From an uncultured Planctomycetia bacterium (lineage in GTDB: Bacteria; Omnitrophota; Gorgyraeia; Taenaricolales; CAZCCH01), in the NCBI GenBank assembly GCA_964497315.1, contig CAZCCH010000001.1:56106-120105 (forward strand): 64,000 nucleotides of DNA. Reading direction: 5' to 3'. Under the pieces are notes generated by a model that saw nothing but the letters and a program-made list of their open reading frames with translations, was not told the origin of the DNA and made no database searches. This document shows, in pieces, positions 29,770 to 38,206 of the stretch; position 1 is the first letter of the stretch; the number at the start of each line of letters is the position of its first letter. The translations under genes and the position numbers were made by a program.

Positions 29770-30279
29770 TTACTTAGGTGCAAAAATTATATAAATATAT
29801 CGACCTTCTCTAGTAGGACCTCTTTCAACTTCAGCTATGTGAGATAAGTCACTAATTAGCTTATCTAATACGCGTCTTCCTAATTCCGGGTGGGCCATTT
29901 CTCTTCCCCTGAACATCATTGTAACTTTGGCCTTGTCCCTGCGTTTTAGGAAACGCTCTAAATGATGAAGCTTAAATTGATAATCATGTTCTTCTATTTT
30001 TGGCTTCATCCTGATTTCTTTTAAATGGCCTGCCTTTTGGTGTTTGCGCGCCTCTCTTTCTCTTTTTTCCTGTTCATACTTGTACCTACTAAAATCCATG
30101 ACGCGGCAGACAGGTGGGCTACTGGTTGGAGAGACTTCTACTAAATCTAAGTTACTTTCTTTAGCAGTTTTTAAGGCATCCTCAGAAGACATAACCCCTA
30201 ACTGCTCTCCCTCCGCACCAATAACTCTAATTTTAGCTGAGCGTATTCTTTCATTTACTCTAATAAATTTACGAATAAT
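29770..30279 (-). CDS. infC: Translation initiation factor IF-3, probably initiating at an ATT codon (30279 or 30276) upstream of the in-frame ATG listed at 30192
   Basis: The reading frame upstream of the listed ATG is open. It encodes I-I-R-K-F-I-R-V-N-E-R-I-R-S-A-K-I-R-V-I-G-A-E-G-E-Q-L-G-V, the conserved IF3 N-domain. Two ATT codons sit at 30279 and 30276. An AUU start is the known autoregulatory feature of infC. The start overlaps the thrS stop. Confidence 0.75.
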   Translation of the reverse strand: MIRKFIRVNERIRSAKIRVIGAEGEQLGVMSSEDALKTAKESNLDLVEVSPTSSPPVCRVMDFSRYKYEQEKREREARKHQKAGHLKEIRMKPKIEEHDYQFKLHHLERFLKRRDKAKVTMMFRGREMAHPELGRRVLDKLISDLSHIAEVERGPTREGRYIYIIFAPK

Positions 30280-31990
30280 CTTTCACCTCCTTTGAAACCC
30301 TCTGGATAAATTCATCCAACTTCACGACACCTTCATTGGCATTAGCTTTGCTCCTCACTGAAACCGTATTACCTTCTTTTTCCTTTTGACCAACAATTAA
30401 CATGTAAGGGACCTTCTGTGTTTGATTATCCCTAATTCTATAATTGAGTGTTTCTGACCTTGAGTCAACTTCAGCCCTTATGGAATTATCGATTAAATTT
30501 CTTTTTACTTCTTCTGCGTATTCTGTAAATACCGAAGATATAGGAATTATTACAACTTGAACGGGTGCTAACCAAACAGGCAAAGCCCCTGCATAATGCT
30601 CCAATAATGCACCCATAAAGCGTTCTATGCTGCCAAGGACAACCCTGTGTAACATAACAGGTCTTTTCTTTTTTCCTTCTGTATCAATATATGAAAGCTT
30701 AAACCTTTCAGGTAAAGCAAAATCACACTGTATGGTTGCACACTGCCAGTTTCTGCCTAAGGCATCTTTTAATTTTATGTCAATTTTTGGACCATAAAAG
30801 GCACCTTCGCCTTGGCATATTTCATATTCTAAATTGTGTTTTTCTAAGGCTCCCCTTAGGGCATCTTCGGCCTTCTTCCAGTCCTGGTCAGTACCTATGG
30901 ATTTTGCTGGCCTTGTGCTTATTTCAATTCCAAAGGAATTAAACCCAAAAATCTTTAACGCATCAATTACAAAATCAATCACCTTTGTTATCTCATCAGT
31001 CAATTGTTCTGGCAGGCAGAATATATGCGCATCGTCTTGAGTAAAACCTCTGACTCGCAAAAGACCATGTAGTACCCCGGCCTTTTCATATCTGTAAACA
31101 CTGCCAAGTTCAAAATACCTAAGTGGTAATTCTTTATAGCTTCTTATAGTATTACTATATATTAAAATGTGTCCTGGGCAATTCATAGGTTTAACAGCAT
31201 ATTCCTGGCCTTCAATCTTAAATATATACATCATGTCTTTGTAATACTCATAATGCCCAGACTTCACCCAGATATCAGATTTTAATATGTGAGGCCCTAC
31301 TGCTAGTTGATAGCCTCTTTTTATGTGTTCTTTCTTTAGCCAGTCTTCGATTAGTGTACGAAGCATTGCACCCTTGGGGTGATACAACGGGAGGCCTGCA
31401 CCTATTTCAGGATGAAAACTAAAAAATCCAAGTTCTTTTCCAAGTTTACGGTGATCTCTTTTTTCAGCTTCTTTTATTAAATTTAGGTATTTCCTAAGGT
31501 CTTTCTCAGTAGGAAAGGCAGTGCCATAAATCCTCTGAAGCATAGGGTTGGTTTCAAGACCATGCCAGTAAGCACCTGCAACGCTCAACAACTTAAATGC
31601 CTTCACCTGAGCAGTTGACTCAACATGCGGCCCCTTGCAAAGATCAATGAAACTCCCATGTCTATAAATTGAAACTTCATTATCCGGTAATGCCTCTATT
31701 AGCTCTAGCTTATAGGTTTCCTTTAGTTTTTTAAAGAGCTTGATGGCCTCTTTTTTTGGCATTGTCTCTTGTTCGAACTTATAGTCCTTTTTTATGATCT
31801 CGGCCATTTTCTTTTCTATTCTTTTAAGGTCTTCGGGGGTGAAGCTATCTGGTACATCGAAGTCATAGTAAAACCCATCCTTAATGGCCGGACCAATGCC
31901 AAGTCTTGCCTTAGGATAAAGCTGTTTTACTGCATCTGCCATTATGTGTGATGCGCTATGTCGTAATGCATTTAAGTTCATTTTAATCAC
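30269..31990 (-). CDS. thrS: Threonyl-tRNA synthetase, short form lacking the N-terminal TGS (N1) domain
   Basis: 573 aa. It begins at the editing-domain motif RHSASHIMADAVKQLYP (compare E. coli RHSCAHLLGHAIKQLWP), and the class II catalytic motifs are present. It is about 65 aa shorter at the N-terminus than full-length ThrS. Confidence 0.9.
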   Translation of the reverse strand: MIKMNLNALRHSASHIMADAVKQLYPKARLGIGPAIKDGFYYDFDVPDSFTPEDLKRIEKKMAEIIKKDYKFEQETMPKKEAIKLFKKLKETYKLELIEALPDNEVSIYRHGSFIDLCKGPHVESTAQVKAFKLLSVAGAYWHGLETNPMLQRIYGTAFPTEKDLRKYLNLIKEAEKRDHRKLGKELGFFSFHPEIGAGLPLYHPKGAMLRTLIEDWLKKEHIKRGYQLAVGPHILKSDIWVKSGHYEYYKDMMYIFKIEGQEYAVKPMNCPGHILIYSNTIRSYKELPLRYFELGSVYRYEKAGVLHGLLRVRGFTQDDAHIFCLPEQLTDEITKVIDFVIDALKIFGFNSFGIEISTRPAKSIGTDQDWKKAEDALRGALEKHNLEYEICQGEGAFYGPKIDIKLKDALGRNWQCATIQCDFALPERFKLSYIDTEGKKKRPVMLHRVVLGSIERFMGALLEHYAGALPVWLAPVQVVIIPISSVFTEYAEEVKRNLIDNSIRAEVDSRSETLNYRIRDNQTQKVPYMLIVGQKEKEGNTVSVRSKANANEGVVKLDEFIQRVSKEVKDYS

Positions 31991-32597
31991 TAATAGTCTT
32001 TGTTAAATGCTCCTCTATAGAGTTATTTAGCCACTCCCATAATTTTAAATTATGGTATTGCAATGTCGCAATACCATATTGAGACCATTGCTTATGCTCT
32101 TTGCTCCTCTTATCTGTATGTGTATATGTAAGAATCCTGCTTGGTGATATTTTCAACTTTTTCACCCAGTACTTCTTAGCTTTTTCTTTGCTAAAATCCT
32201 TATAGACTCGAACATATAATCTAAGTCTTTCCTCATGCACCCTGCAAATCTTTCTCAAAAACTCTACAAACAGTTGCAGCATTCTAGGATCTAGGTTTGC
32301 AAGTTGTGTTGAGCCTTTCGCTGATTTACTACCCTCGGCCCAATATAACATTAGCCCGGTTAGCAAAAGATCTTTTTCTCTTCCACTAAGTCGCTTTTTG
32401 ATGTTAAAGGGGTCTCCTTTTGGATTCAATTTACAATATGTGCTATCGCTATATGCTCTTCGGTCTAACCCATGCTTTTTCATCCAATAATTGACTGTTG
32501 CGTGCGTAGTATTTAATCTACTAGCTATATCCATCATGGATAATTTCTTTTTATTGTACAAATCAAAAAGTAGTTTCTTTTGCATAGTTACCTTCAT
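31983..32597 (-). CDS. Hypothetical HTH-containing protein with a weak LAGLIDADG-like motif (possible homing-endonuclease-like)
   Basis: 204 aa. N-terminal HTH (LSMMDIASRLNTTHATVNYWMKKHGL). There is a segment LLLTGLMLYWAEGSKS resembling LAGLIDADG/LAGFFDAEGS dodecapeptides. It overlaps the thrS start by 8 nt and abuts the tRNA pair. Confidence 0.35.
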   Translation of the reverse strand: MKVTMQKKLLFDLYNKKKLSMMDIASRLNTTHATVNYWMKKHGLDRRAYSDSTYCKLNPKGDPFNIKKRLSGREKDLLLTGLMLYWAEGSKSAKGSTQLANLDPRMLQLFVEFLRKICRVHEERLRLYVRVYKDFSKEKAKKYWVKKLKISPSRILTYTHTDKRSKEHKQWSQYGIATLQYHNLKLWEWLNNSIEEHLTKTISD

Positions 32598-32603
32598 TCA
32601 ATA

Positions 32604-32680
32604 TGGTGGGCGGTACAGGATTTGAACCTGTGGCCTTTTCCATGTCAAGGAAACGCGCTAGCCAACTGCGCCAACCGCCC
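32604..32680 (-). tRNA. tRNA-Val (anticodon GAC)
   Basis: The reverse complement reads GGGCGGTTGGCGCAGTTGGCTAGCGCGTTTCCTTGACATGGAAAAGGCCACAGGTTCAAATCCTGTACCGCCCACCA. It forms a cloverleaf with anticodon loop TTGACAT and an encoded CCA. Confidence 0.85.
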
Positions 32681-32682
32681 TC

Positions 32683-32770
32683 TGGTGCCGGGAGCCGGAG
32701 TCGAACCGGCACGAGCTTAAAGCCCAATGGATTTTAAGTCCACATTGTCTACCAATTCCAACATCCCGGC
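32683..32770 (-). tRNA. tRNA-Leu (anticodon TAA), long variable arm
   Basis: The reverse complement reads GCCGGGATGTTGGAATTGGTAGACAATGTGGACTTAAAATCCATTGGGCTTTAAGCTCGTGCCGGTTCGACTCCGGCTCCCGGCACCA. Anticodon loop CTTAAAA; 88 nt with an encoded CCA. Confidence 0.85.
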
Positions 32771-32948
32771 GTTCTTTTGCTATACTCTTGTCCTTCTTCT
32801 ATTATAATATAGTATGGGTATAATAGCAAATAGCTTTTATTATGTCAAGTATTCTTATGATAGTCTCCCTATTTATATTGTGAAAATCTTCACAAGGCAT
32901 AAAGCAGCTCTTTTATACCCTTTTTAAGGTAACATTTAACTTTTTTAG

Positions 32949-34352
32949 CTATTCAACTAAAAATACAGCTATTAATCCACCACCCCTGGAAACATTTACT
33001 ACCTGTTTTTGAGAAGATCTTCCCAAAAACGCAATGCCTGAAGGTGTGGCTGCAAACCCTGAAACAACAAAAAGCTCTTTGAAAAACAACCGACCATCTT
33101 TGGTAATAACAGGGAATTTATCTTTGTATATAGGCACTGCTTCTTGGACTACCATAGTGCTGGGGTGCTTAACCGCTCTTTCTAAGGTCTTCTCCCATTT
33201 ACCTTGGTTTGTTTCCCTACCTATTACTACACCCTCACCACCACAGGCGCGATTAGGCTTTATGACAAGTTCTGTCCTATTAGAACGAATGTATTTTATT
33301 AAATCAATTTTCTTTTCCTTTTTATCTTTTGTTTTTCTTTCCCATATAAGTCTAGTCCAAGCAACATGTTTTCTAAAAAATCCCCGTTGTGCTTGAGTAA
33401 AGCATTTCTTAAATTCTGATGAGGTAAAAACCTCAAAAGAAGATTTGTGATCAAAGTCTCCTGAAAAACCTGATATTACTCTATTCTCCTTAAAGGCCTC
33501 TCTTATTGCCTCAATAGAGTCTCCTGCTTCTTCCATTTCAATAAGTTCTTCTAATTCGCTGTCACGATATATTATATCGACGGGCGTATCATCATAACAA
33601 ACCTTTCCCTTCTTCAAGTGTAACTGCCTGGGGTCTGCAACAAATGCCTTTATACCTCGCTGGTTGAAAAATTCAGCTATGCTTGAAAGTTCATCTGTGC
33701 CTTCTTGATAAGACCTGTCCTCAATAAAAACAACTCTGTTAAGCTCACGGCCCAATTGTTTAGAGTGTGTGAGCATAACCTCCATTAAAAGCTCTCGGAC
33801 ATCTTTGAGTTTTTGTAATTTTAGTTTTGGAGAAAACTGTTTTAATTGCGGTAAGATTAATTCTTCTATTAACTCAACTGCTGCAGGTATGTAATGAATT
33901 CCGCCTGCAGCAACAGAATTTGCCTCTATAAATTTAAAGCTAGTCTTCCAGTCTTTATGCCAAAATAAGGCGTTTGCATCCAGTCTTTCAAAAACACTTT
34001 GTGGGGTTTGTGGCTTGACAGGACAAATCTCATGAAACCACTCATCTTCTTTTTGAGAAAGTGGGATGATTTTTCTTATAGGTGGGTAGGCTAGGTATAA
34101 ACTGAATAGCTCAGAGAGTGCGTCTCGCAGGAGAAGTGATGCCTTCTTGAAAAATACCTGTTGTTCTCGACTAACAAACCAGGGTGAGAGCTCTACATTA
34201 ATAGGAATAACTTTCGCCTTTTCATCATAAACAATAAGACCCTTTTTTAGGGTCTGTTTTTCTATTTTTCTATAAAGCTCTCTTATGGTTTGGCTTGATA
34301 ATTTAGCGAATGCCTCGAATATACGCTCTCTAGCAAATTGTTCTTTCTTCAC
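32949..34352 (-). CDS. ATP-grasp-superfamily-like protein, possibly a circularly permuted ATP-grasp / glutathionylspermidine-synthetase-like ligase
   Basis: 467 aa. Near the C-terminus it has LVIKPNRACGGEGVVIG (the ATP-grasp central-domain signature [VI]xKPxxxxxGxGV) followed by VSRGGG. The N-terminal ~350 aa cannot be assigned. The assignment is tentative. Confidence 0.35.
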   Translation of the reverse strand: MKKEQFARERIFEAFAKLSSQTIRELYRKIEKQTLKKGLIVYDEKAKVIPINVELSPWFVSREQQVFFKKASLLLRDALSELFSLYLAYPPIRKIIPLSQKEDEWFHEICPVKPQTPQSVFERLDANALFWHKDWKTSFKFIEANSVAAGGIHYIPAAVELIEELILPQLKQFSPKLKLQKLKDVRELLMEVMLTHSKQLGRELNRVVFIEDRSYQEGTDELSSIAEFFNQRGIKAFVADPRQLHLKKGKVCYDDTPVDIIYRDSELEELIEMEEAGDSIEAIREAFKENRVISGFSGDFDHKSSFEVFTSSEFKKCFTQAQRGFFRKHVAWTRLIWERKTKDKKEKKIDLIKYIRSNRTELVIKPNRACGGEGVVIGRETNQGKWEKTLERAVKHPSTMVVQEAVPIYKDKFPVITKDGRLFFKELFVVSGFAATPSGIAFLGRSSQKQVVNVSRGGGLIAVFLVE

Positions 34353-34427
34353 ACTACTATTTTACTAAACTATAGAACATATTTCCATTGAATTTTTCTA
34401 CACCAAATGCTATAGTAAGCACTGAAA

Positions 34428-35873
34428 ATGAAAACATTGCTTTCGAAAACAATTAAGCATCTAAAAAAATCAGGCGTCGACTATGCTGACCTTCGATATA
34501 TAACATCAACACATGAGGCAATCTTAGTAGAAAATAACCAAGTCAAGTCAATATCTTTTGATGTTGATGAGGGTGTTGGTGTAAGAGTTTTTTCAAAAGG
34601 CAGCTGGGGTTTTGCCTGCACGCCTAAGCTTACATGGGATCAAATTAAATCAACTGCTGATGTGGCCTTAGCAATTGCTCGTTCCTGTAGCTCTATAAAT
34701 AAGAAAAAATATAAATTCCCCTCGGGAAGTCCAATAAAGGCAAATTTCAAAAGTCCTTTTGAAATAGATCCATTTACCATACCTTTAGAAAAAAAACTTG
34801 ACTATCTTCTGTGGGCATCTCAAGAATTAAAATCCCACCCCAATATAAAAACCGCTATATCTGGTTTTGATTTTTTCAAAACAAATAAATTATTTTTTAA
34901 TACAGAAGGTTCTGAAATCAGCCAAAAGATTTTAGAAAGCGGGGGACATATTGAGGCAATTGCTACAGGTGCAGGTGATGTGCAAAAGCGCTCTTATCCA
35001 TCTTCTCATCATTGCGAGCTTGCACAGGCAGGCTATGAATATGTAAAGGCCTTAGACTTAGTAGGGGGTGCTAGAAAAATACGCAAAGAGGCAGTTAGCC
35101 TCCTCAGGGCAAAGGAATGTCCGAATAAAAAAACTACGCTTATCCTTGATGGCTCACAAATGGCTTTACAAATACATGAATCTTGCGGCCATCCGGCAGA
35201 ATTAGACAGACTCTTAGGTAGAGAAATCTCTTTAGCCGGTGATAGTTTTTTAACTTTAGAAAAGCTAAATAAATTTAAATATGGCTCTAAGCTCGTCAAT
35301 ATCTATTCTGATCCAACAATAGAAGGAGGTGCGGGAAGCTTTGGATATGATGATGAAGGAACCCCTGCTAAAAAGGCATACTTGGTTAAAGATGGCATTT
35401 TCACAGGATACCTTACCTCGAAAGAAACCGCTGCACACTTTGATATAGAAAACACCGGCTGCATGCGTGCAAGCGGGTGGAATAGAACACCTCTTATTAG
35501 AATGACCAATATAAACATAGAGCCCCAAGATGCAACACTAGAAGAACTCATCAAAGAGGTAAGAAACGGTGTTTTTATGTCAACAAATAAAAGCTGGTCC
35601 ATTGATGAAAAAAGATTAAATTTTCAGTTTTCTACAGAGATTGCCTGGGAGATAAAAAATGGAGAGCTTACTCAGGTATTAAAAAACCCGCTATATGCCT
35701 CAACTACTCCTATCTTTTGGAATAGCTGCAGTGGCATTTCCAATAAAGATCATTGGCGGATGTGGTCTGTTTCAGATTGCGGAAAGGGTGAACCCATGCA
35801 GACAATGCATGTCGGCCATGGAACAGCACCTGCCAGATTTGAAAATATACAGGTGAGGTCTGCTGCAAAATGA
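34428..35873 (+). CDS. tldD: Metalloprotease TldD
   Basis: 481 aa. N-terminus YADLRYITSTHEAILVENNQV, the metal-binding HESCGHPAE (HExxxH) motif and the C-terminal GxC motif region of the TldD/PmbA family. Confidence 0.85.
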   Translation: MKTLLSKTIKHLKKSGVDYADLRYITSTHEAILVENNQVKSISFDVDEGVGVRVFSKGSWGFACTPKLTWDQIKSTADVALAIARSCSSINKKKYKFPSGSPIKANFKSPFEIDPFTIPLEKKLDYLLWASQELKSHPNIKTAISGFDFFKTNKLFFNTEGSEISQKILESGGHIEAIATGAGDVQKRSYPSSHHCELAQAGYEYVKALDLVGGARKIRKEAVSLLRAKECPNKKTTLILDGSQMALQIHESCGHPAELDRLLGREISLAGDSFLTLEKLNKFKYGSKLVNIYSDPTIEGGAGSFGYDDEGTPAKKAYLVKDGIFTGYLTSKETAAHFDIENTGCMRASGWNRTPLIRMTNINIEPQDATLEELIKEVRNGVFMSTNKSWSIDEKRLNFQFSTEIAWEIKNGELTQVLKNPLYASTTPIFWNSCSGISNKDHWRMWSVSDCGKGEPMQTMHVGHGTAPARFENIQVRSAAK

Positions 35874-37207
35874 TTGGTAAAGAAAAATCCCTAGATTTAC
35901 TATCAGGTTTAATAAAAAAATCCCCGGCGGATCAAACATCTCTTGTCTTGGTTAATACAAAAAGATTTACCTCTCGCTTTGCTAATTACGCAATCCATCA
36001 AAGCATGCAAGAGCAAGAGGTTGCAATTTATATTAAAGTAGCCTTAGGTTCTAAGCTAGGTGTTGCCTCAACCGGCTCTATAAAAAAGTCCAACTTAAAA
36101 ACTGCTCTCGAGCGGGCCCTGCATATTGCAAAACATTCCCCTAAAAACCCAAGGCTTAAATCCTTCCCTAAACCTGATGAACAAACTGAAATTAAAACCT
36201 GTCATCCAAAAACAACTTGTTTTAGTGCATCTGATAAGTTAGGGTTACTTTGTAAAATCTTTGATATGCACAAACCATCAAAAACAAACCCTGCTGGTTC
36301 TTTCTTGACGGGCGAAGAAGAAATGGCTGTAGTTAATTCAAATGGCCTCATAAAATATCAGCCTTTTAGCCTTGCAGGTCTTAAGTTGATTTCTGCTAAA
36401 GACCATGCCTCTGGTTTTGCAACTTGGGCATCAAGAAATATTGAAGATTTACAAATAGAGGCTGTTGTAGAGCAAGCAATAAGAAAATGTAACTTAGCTA
36501 AAAATCCCAAGCCAATAGCTCCGGGTAATTATGATTGTATTTTAGAACCGGCTGCTGTAGCTGAAATCTTACAGTGGCTCTCCTATATAGGTTTTGGCGC
36601 AAAGTCTTTTTGTGAAAGAATGAGTTTTTTATGCGGCAGGATAGGTGACAAGATAATGTCAAAAGACATTAGTATATACGATGATGGAGAAAACGCGGAA
36701 GGTTTTGCTAATCCCTTTGATTATGAAGGTGTAAACAAAAAAAGGGTTTCATTAATTGAAGAGGGTGTAGCAAGGGGACCCGTATACGACAGTGAGTATT
36801 CTTATATGAATGAGGGTTCCTCGACGGGACACGCCCTCCCCCCTGATGAAACCATTGGACCCTTACCTTCAAACTTGATTATGTTAAATGGCGAGTCTAA
36901 TTTAGGTGATATGATTACTTCTTTATCCAAGGGGATTTTAATAACACGTTTTCATTATGTAAATGGCCTTCTTAATACAAGAGAAGCTGTCATGACAGGC
37001 ATGACAAGGGATGGGACTTTCTTAATTCAAGATGGCAAGATAAAACATGCGCTTAAAAACTTAAGATTTACTCAATCTATCCTAAAGGCCTTCTCTCAAA
37101 TAGCTGCTATATCAAAACAAAGACAACTCATTGGTGACCTCACTCAGGATGAACCGCCCTGCCTTGTTCCAGCCCTCCTTATAAAAGATTTTACCTTTAC
37201 AAGTTGA
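35870..37207 (+). CDS. pmbA: Metalloprotease PmbA/TldE (TldD partner subunit)
   Basis: 445 aa TldD/PmbA family paralog, translationally coupled (4-nt overlap) with tldD. Confidence 0.8.
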   Translation: MIGKEKSLDLLSGLIKKSPADQTSLVLVNTKRFTSRFANYAIHQSMQEQEVAIYIKVALGSKLGVASTGSIKKSNLKTALERALHIAKHSPKNPRLKSFPKPDEQTEIKTCHPKTTCFSASDKLGLLCKIFDMHKPSKTNPAGSFLTGEEEMAVVNSNGLIKYQPFSLAGLKLISAKDHASGFATWASRNIEDLQIEAVVEQAIRKCNLAKNPKPIAPGNYDCILEPAAVAEILQWLSYIGFGAKSFCERMSFLCGRIGDKIMSKDISIYDDGENAEGFANPFDYEGVNKKRVSLIEEGVARGPVYDSEYSYMNEGSSTGHALPPDETIGPLPSNLIMLNGESNLGDMITSLSKGILITRFHYVNGLLNTREAVMTGMTRDGTFLIQDGKIKHALKNLRFTQSILKAFSQIAAISKQRQLIGDLTQDEPPCLVPALLIKDFTFTS

Positions 37208-37250
37208 AAAAAGACAGGTTCTATTGTAGAAGAACCTGTCCATATAATAA

Positions 37251-37765
37251 TGGTGCCGGGACCCAGAATCGAACTGATTGAGATAGCAAAATCTTCTTTG
37301 CTTCTCCCGAACCGTGCGTGCGGATTTCCCGCACACGGCTCTCTCTATGAGTCTGCACTCATAGACCAGCACCCCTTCGTTTGCTAGCGGTTAAACTAGC
37401 TTTAAAACACTACTATGGGTGCATCTGAGACCCTGCTTAATAGCAGGGGTTCACCCGGTCAGTTAATCAACTTTTCCTTGCATCCCAACCCTAACCACAC
37501 CCAGTATTAAGTTTGTGTTTTTGACTTCCCTGTTGTGCCGCTAGGTCGTCAATACTGGGAGCCACCGTGGGTTCGCTTTCGCTTTGGGCTGCAATTTGCT
37601 ATTAGGACCCTTTCTGAAACCTGTCTCCAAATTTCAGTGTCCGTTTGCTACTATGGTAAAACACTAACCATAGGCCCGATTCTAACGGACTAGCTAATTA
37701 ACCTGCAGGTCGCAAGGCACGCAGGGCTTTTCAGGCCCTCGCTCTACCAACTGAGCTATCCCGGC
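37251..37765 (-). tRNA. tRNA-Phe (anticodon GAA), split gene. Exon 1 is 37716..37765 (50 nt) and exon 2 is 37251..37276 (26 nt including CCA), separated by a 439-nt intron in the T-stem between tRNA positions 50 and 51
   Basis: Exon 1 reverse complement: GCCGGGATAGCTCAGTTGGTAGAGCGAGGGCCTGAAAAGCCCTGCGTGCC (acceptor, D-arm, anticodon arm with loop CTGAAAA, variable GCGTG, CC). Exon 2: CAGTTCGATTCTGGGTCCCGGCACCA. Joined, they give a canonical 76-nt tRNA-Phe with a perfect CCCAG/CTGGG T-stem and a GCCGGGA/TCCCGGC acceptor stem, closely matching E. coli tRNA-Phe. Confidence 0.8.
37277..37715 (-). other. ORF-less group II-like intron (439 nt) interrupting the tRNA-Phe T-stem. Domain V is at ~37305..37340
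   Basis: The RNA-sense sequence GAGCCGUGUGCGGGAAAUCCGCACGCACGGUUCGGG matches the group II domain V consensus. It has the AGC triad pairing with GUU, a GAAA-type loop and the conserved 2-nt bulge in the 3' strand. A short D6-like hairpin (AGCAAA...UUUGCU) follows, and the intron ends ...CUCAAU (AY). A possible EBS1 GGCAC (plus strand 37537..37541) could pair with the exon 1 end GUGCC. The intron begins UUGCG rather than the canonical GUGYG. Confidence 0.6.
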
Positions 37766-37828
37766 ACCTTGTATGCGTCACTATTGTATCAAATCATGTA
37801 TATATCTTCAAGAAAAATCAAAAATTGC

Positions 37829-38206
37829 CTAAATTAATCTTTTTTTGACTTCTTCTGGGATTTTCTTTGCTTTAAAATCTCTCCCTACGCATGCCAGTGT
37901 AGTCTTTGCTGTACAGATAAGTTTCTTATCCTGGTTTTCTACTTCGTATTCAAATTCAAGTCTTGTTCCTGAGACCTTGATAAGCCTTGTATCTATGTTT
38001 ATGATATCACCATAAATAGCAGGGGACTTATAATCAATTTCTTGGCGTGCTACTACAAACACTGTCTCATCCTGCGCAAGTTTTCTGATTAAAATGCCTC
38101 TTTTTTCCAAAAACTCCGTACGCGCCTCTTCTAAGAATTTCAGGTAATTGGCGTAATAAACTACCCCTCCGCAATCAGTATCGTGATAGAAAATCTTTTT
38201 TTTCAT
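37829..38206 (-). CDS. Acyl-CoA thioesterase (4HBT/YbgC hotdog family)
   Basis: 125 aa. YHDTDCGGVVYYANYLKFLEEAR is the canonical YbgC/4HBT N-terminal catalytic Asp motif. Confidence 0.75.
   Translation of the reverse strand: MKKKIFYHDTDCGGVVYYANYLKFLEEARTEFLEKRGILIRKLAQDETVFVVARQEIDYKSPAIYGDIINIDTRLIKVSGTRLEFEYEVENQDKKLICTAKTTLACVGRDFKAKKIPEEVKKRLI

Noticed and set aside
37112-37372. 86-aa minus-strand ORF overlapping the tRNA-Phe intron and the tldE 3' end
   Set aside because: It spans the structured domain V/VI RNA and the tRNA exon 2. It has no similarity to intron maturase or RT proteins. The intron is best considered ORF-less.
37277-37715. Group I intron interpretation of the tRNA-Phe insertion
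   Set aside because: The insertion is not in the anticodon loop and no P7 (GACUA...UAGUC in correct order) core was found. The D5 hairpin match favours group II.
37251-37768. Possibility that the ~520-nt structured RNA region is a tmRNA (ssrA) or RNase P RNA
   Set aside because: The 5' portion has a complete D-arm and an intact GAA anticodon arm, which tmRNA lacks. The two ends reconstitute a standard tRNA-Phe. The internal sequence carries a group II domain V, not RNase P P4 or tmRNA resume-codon features.
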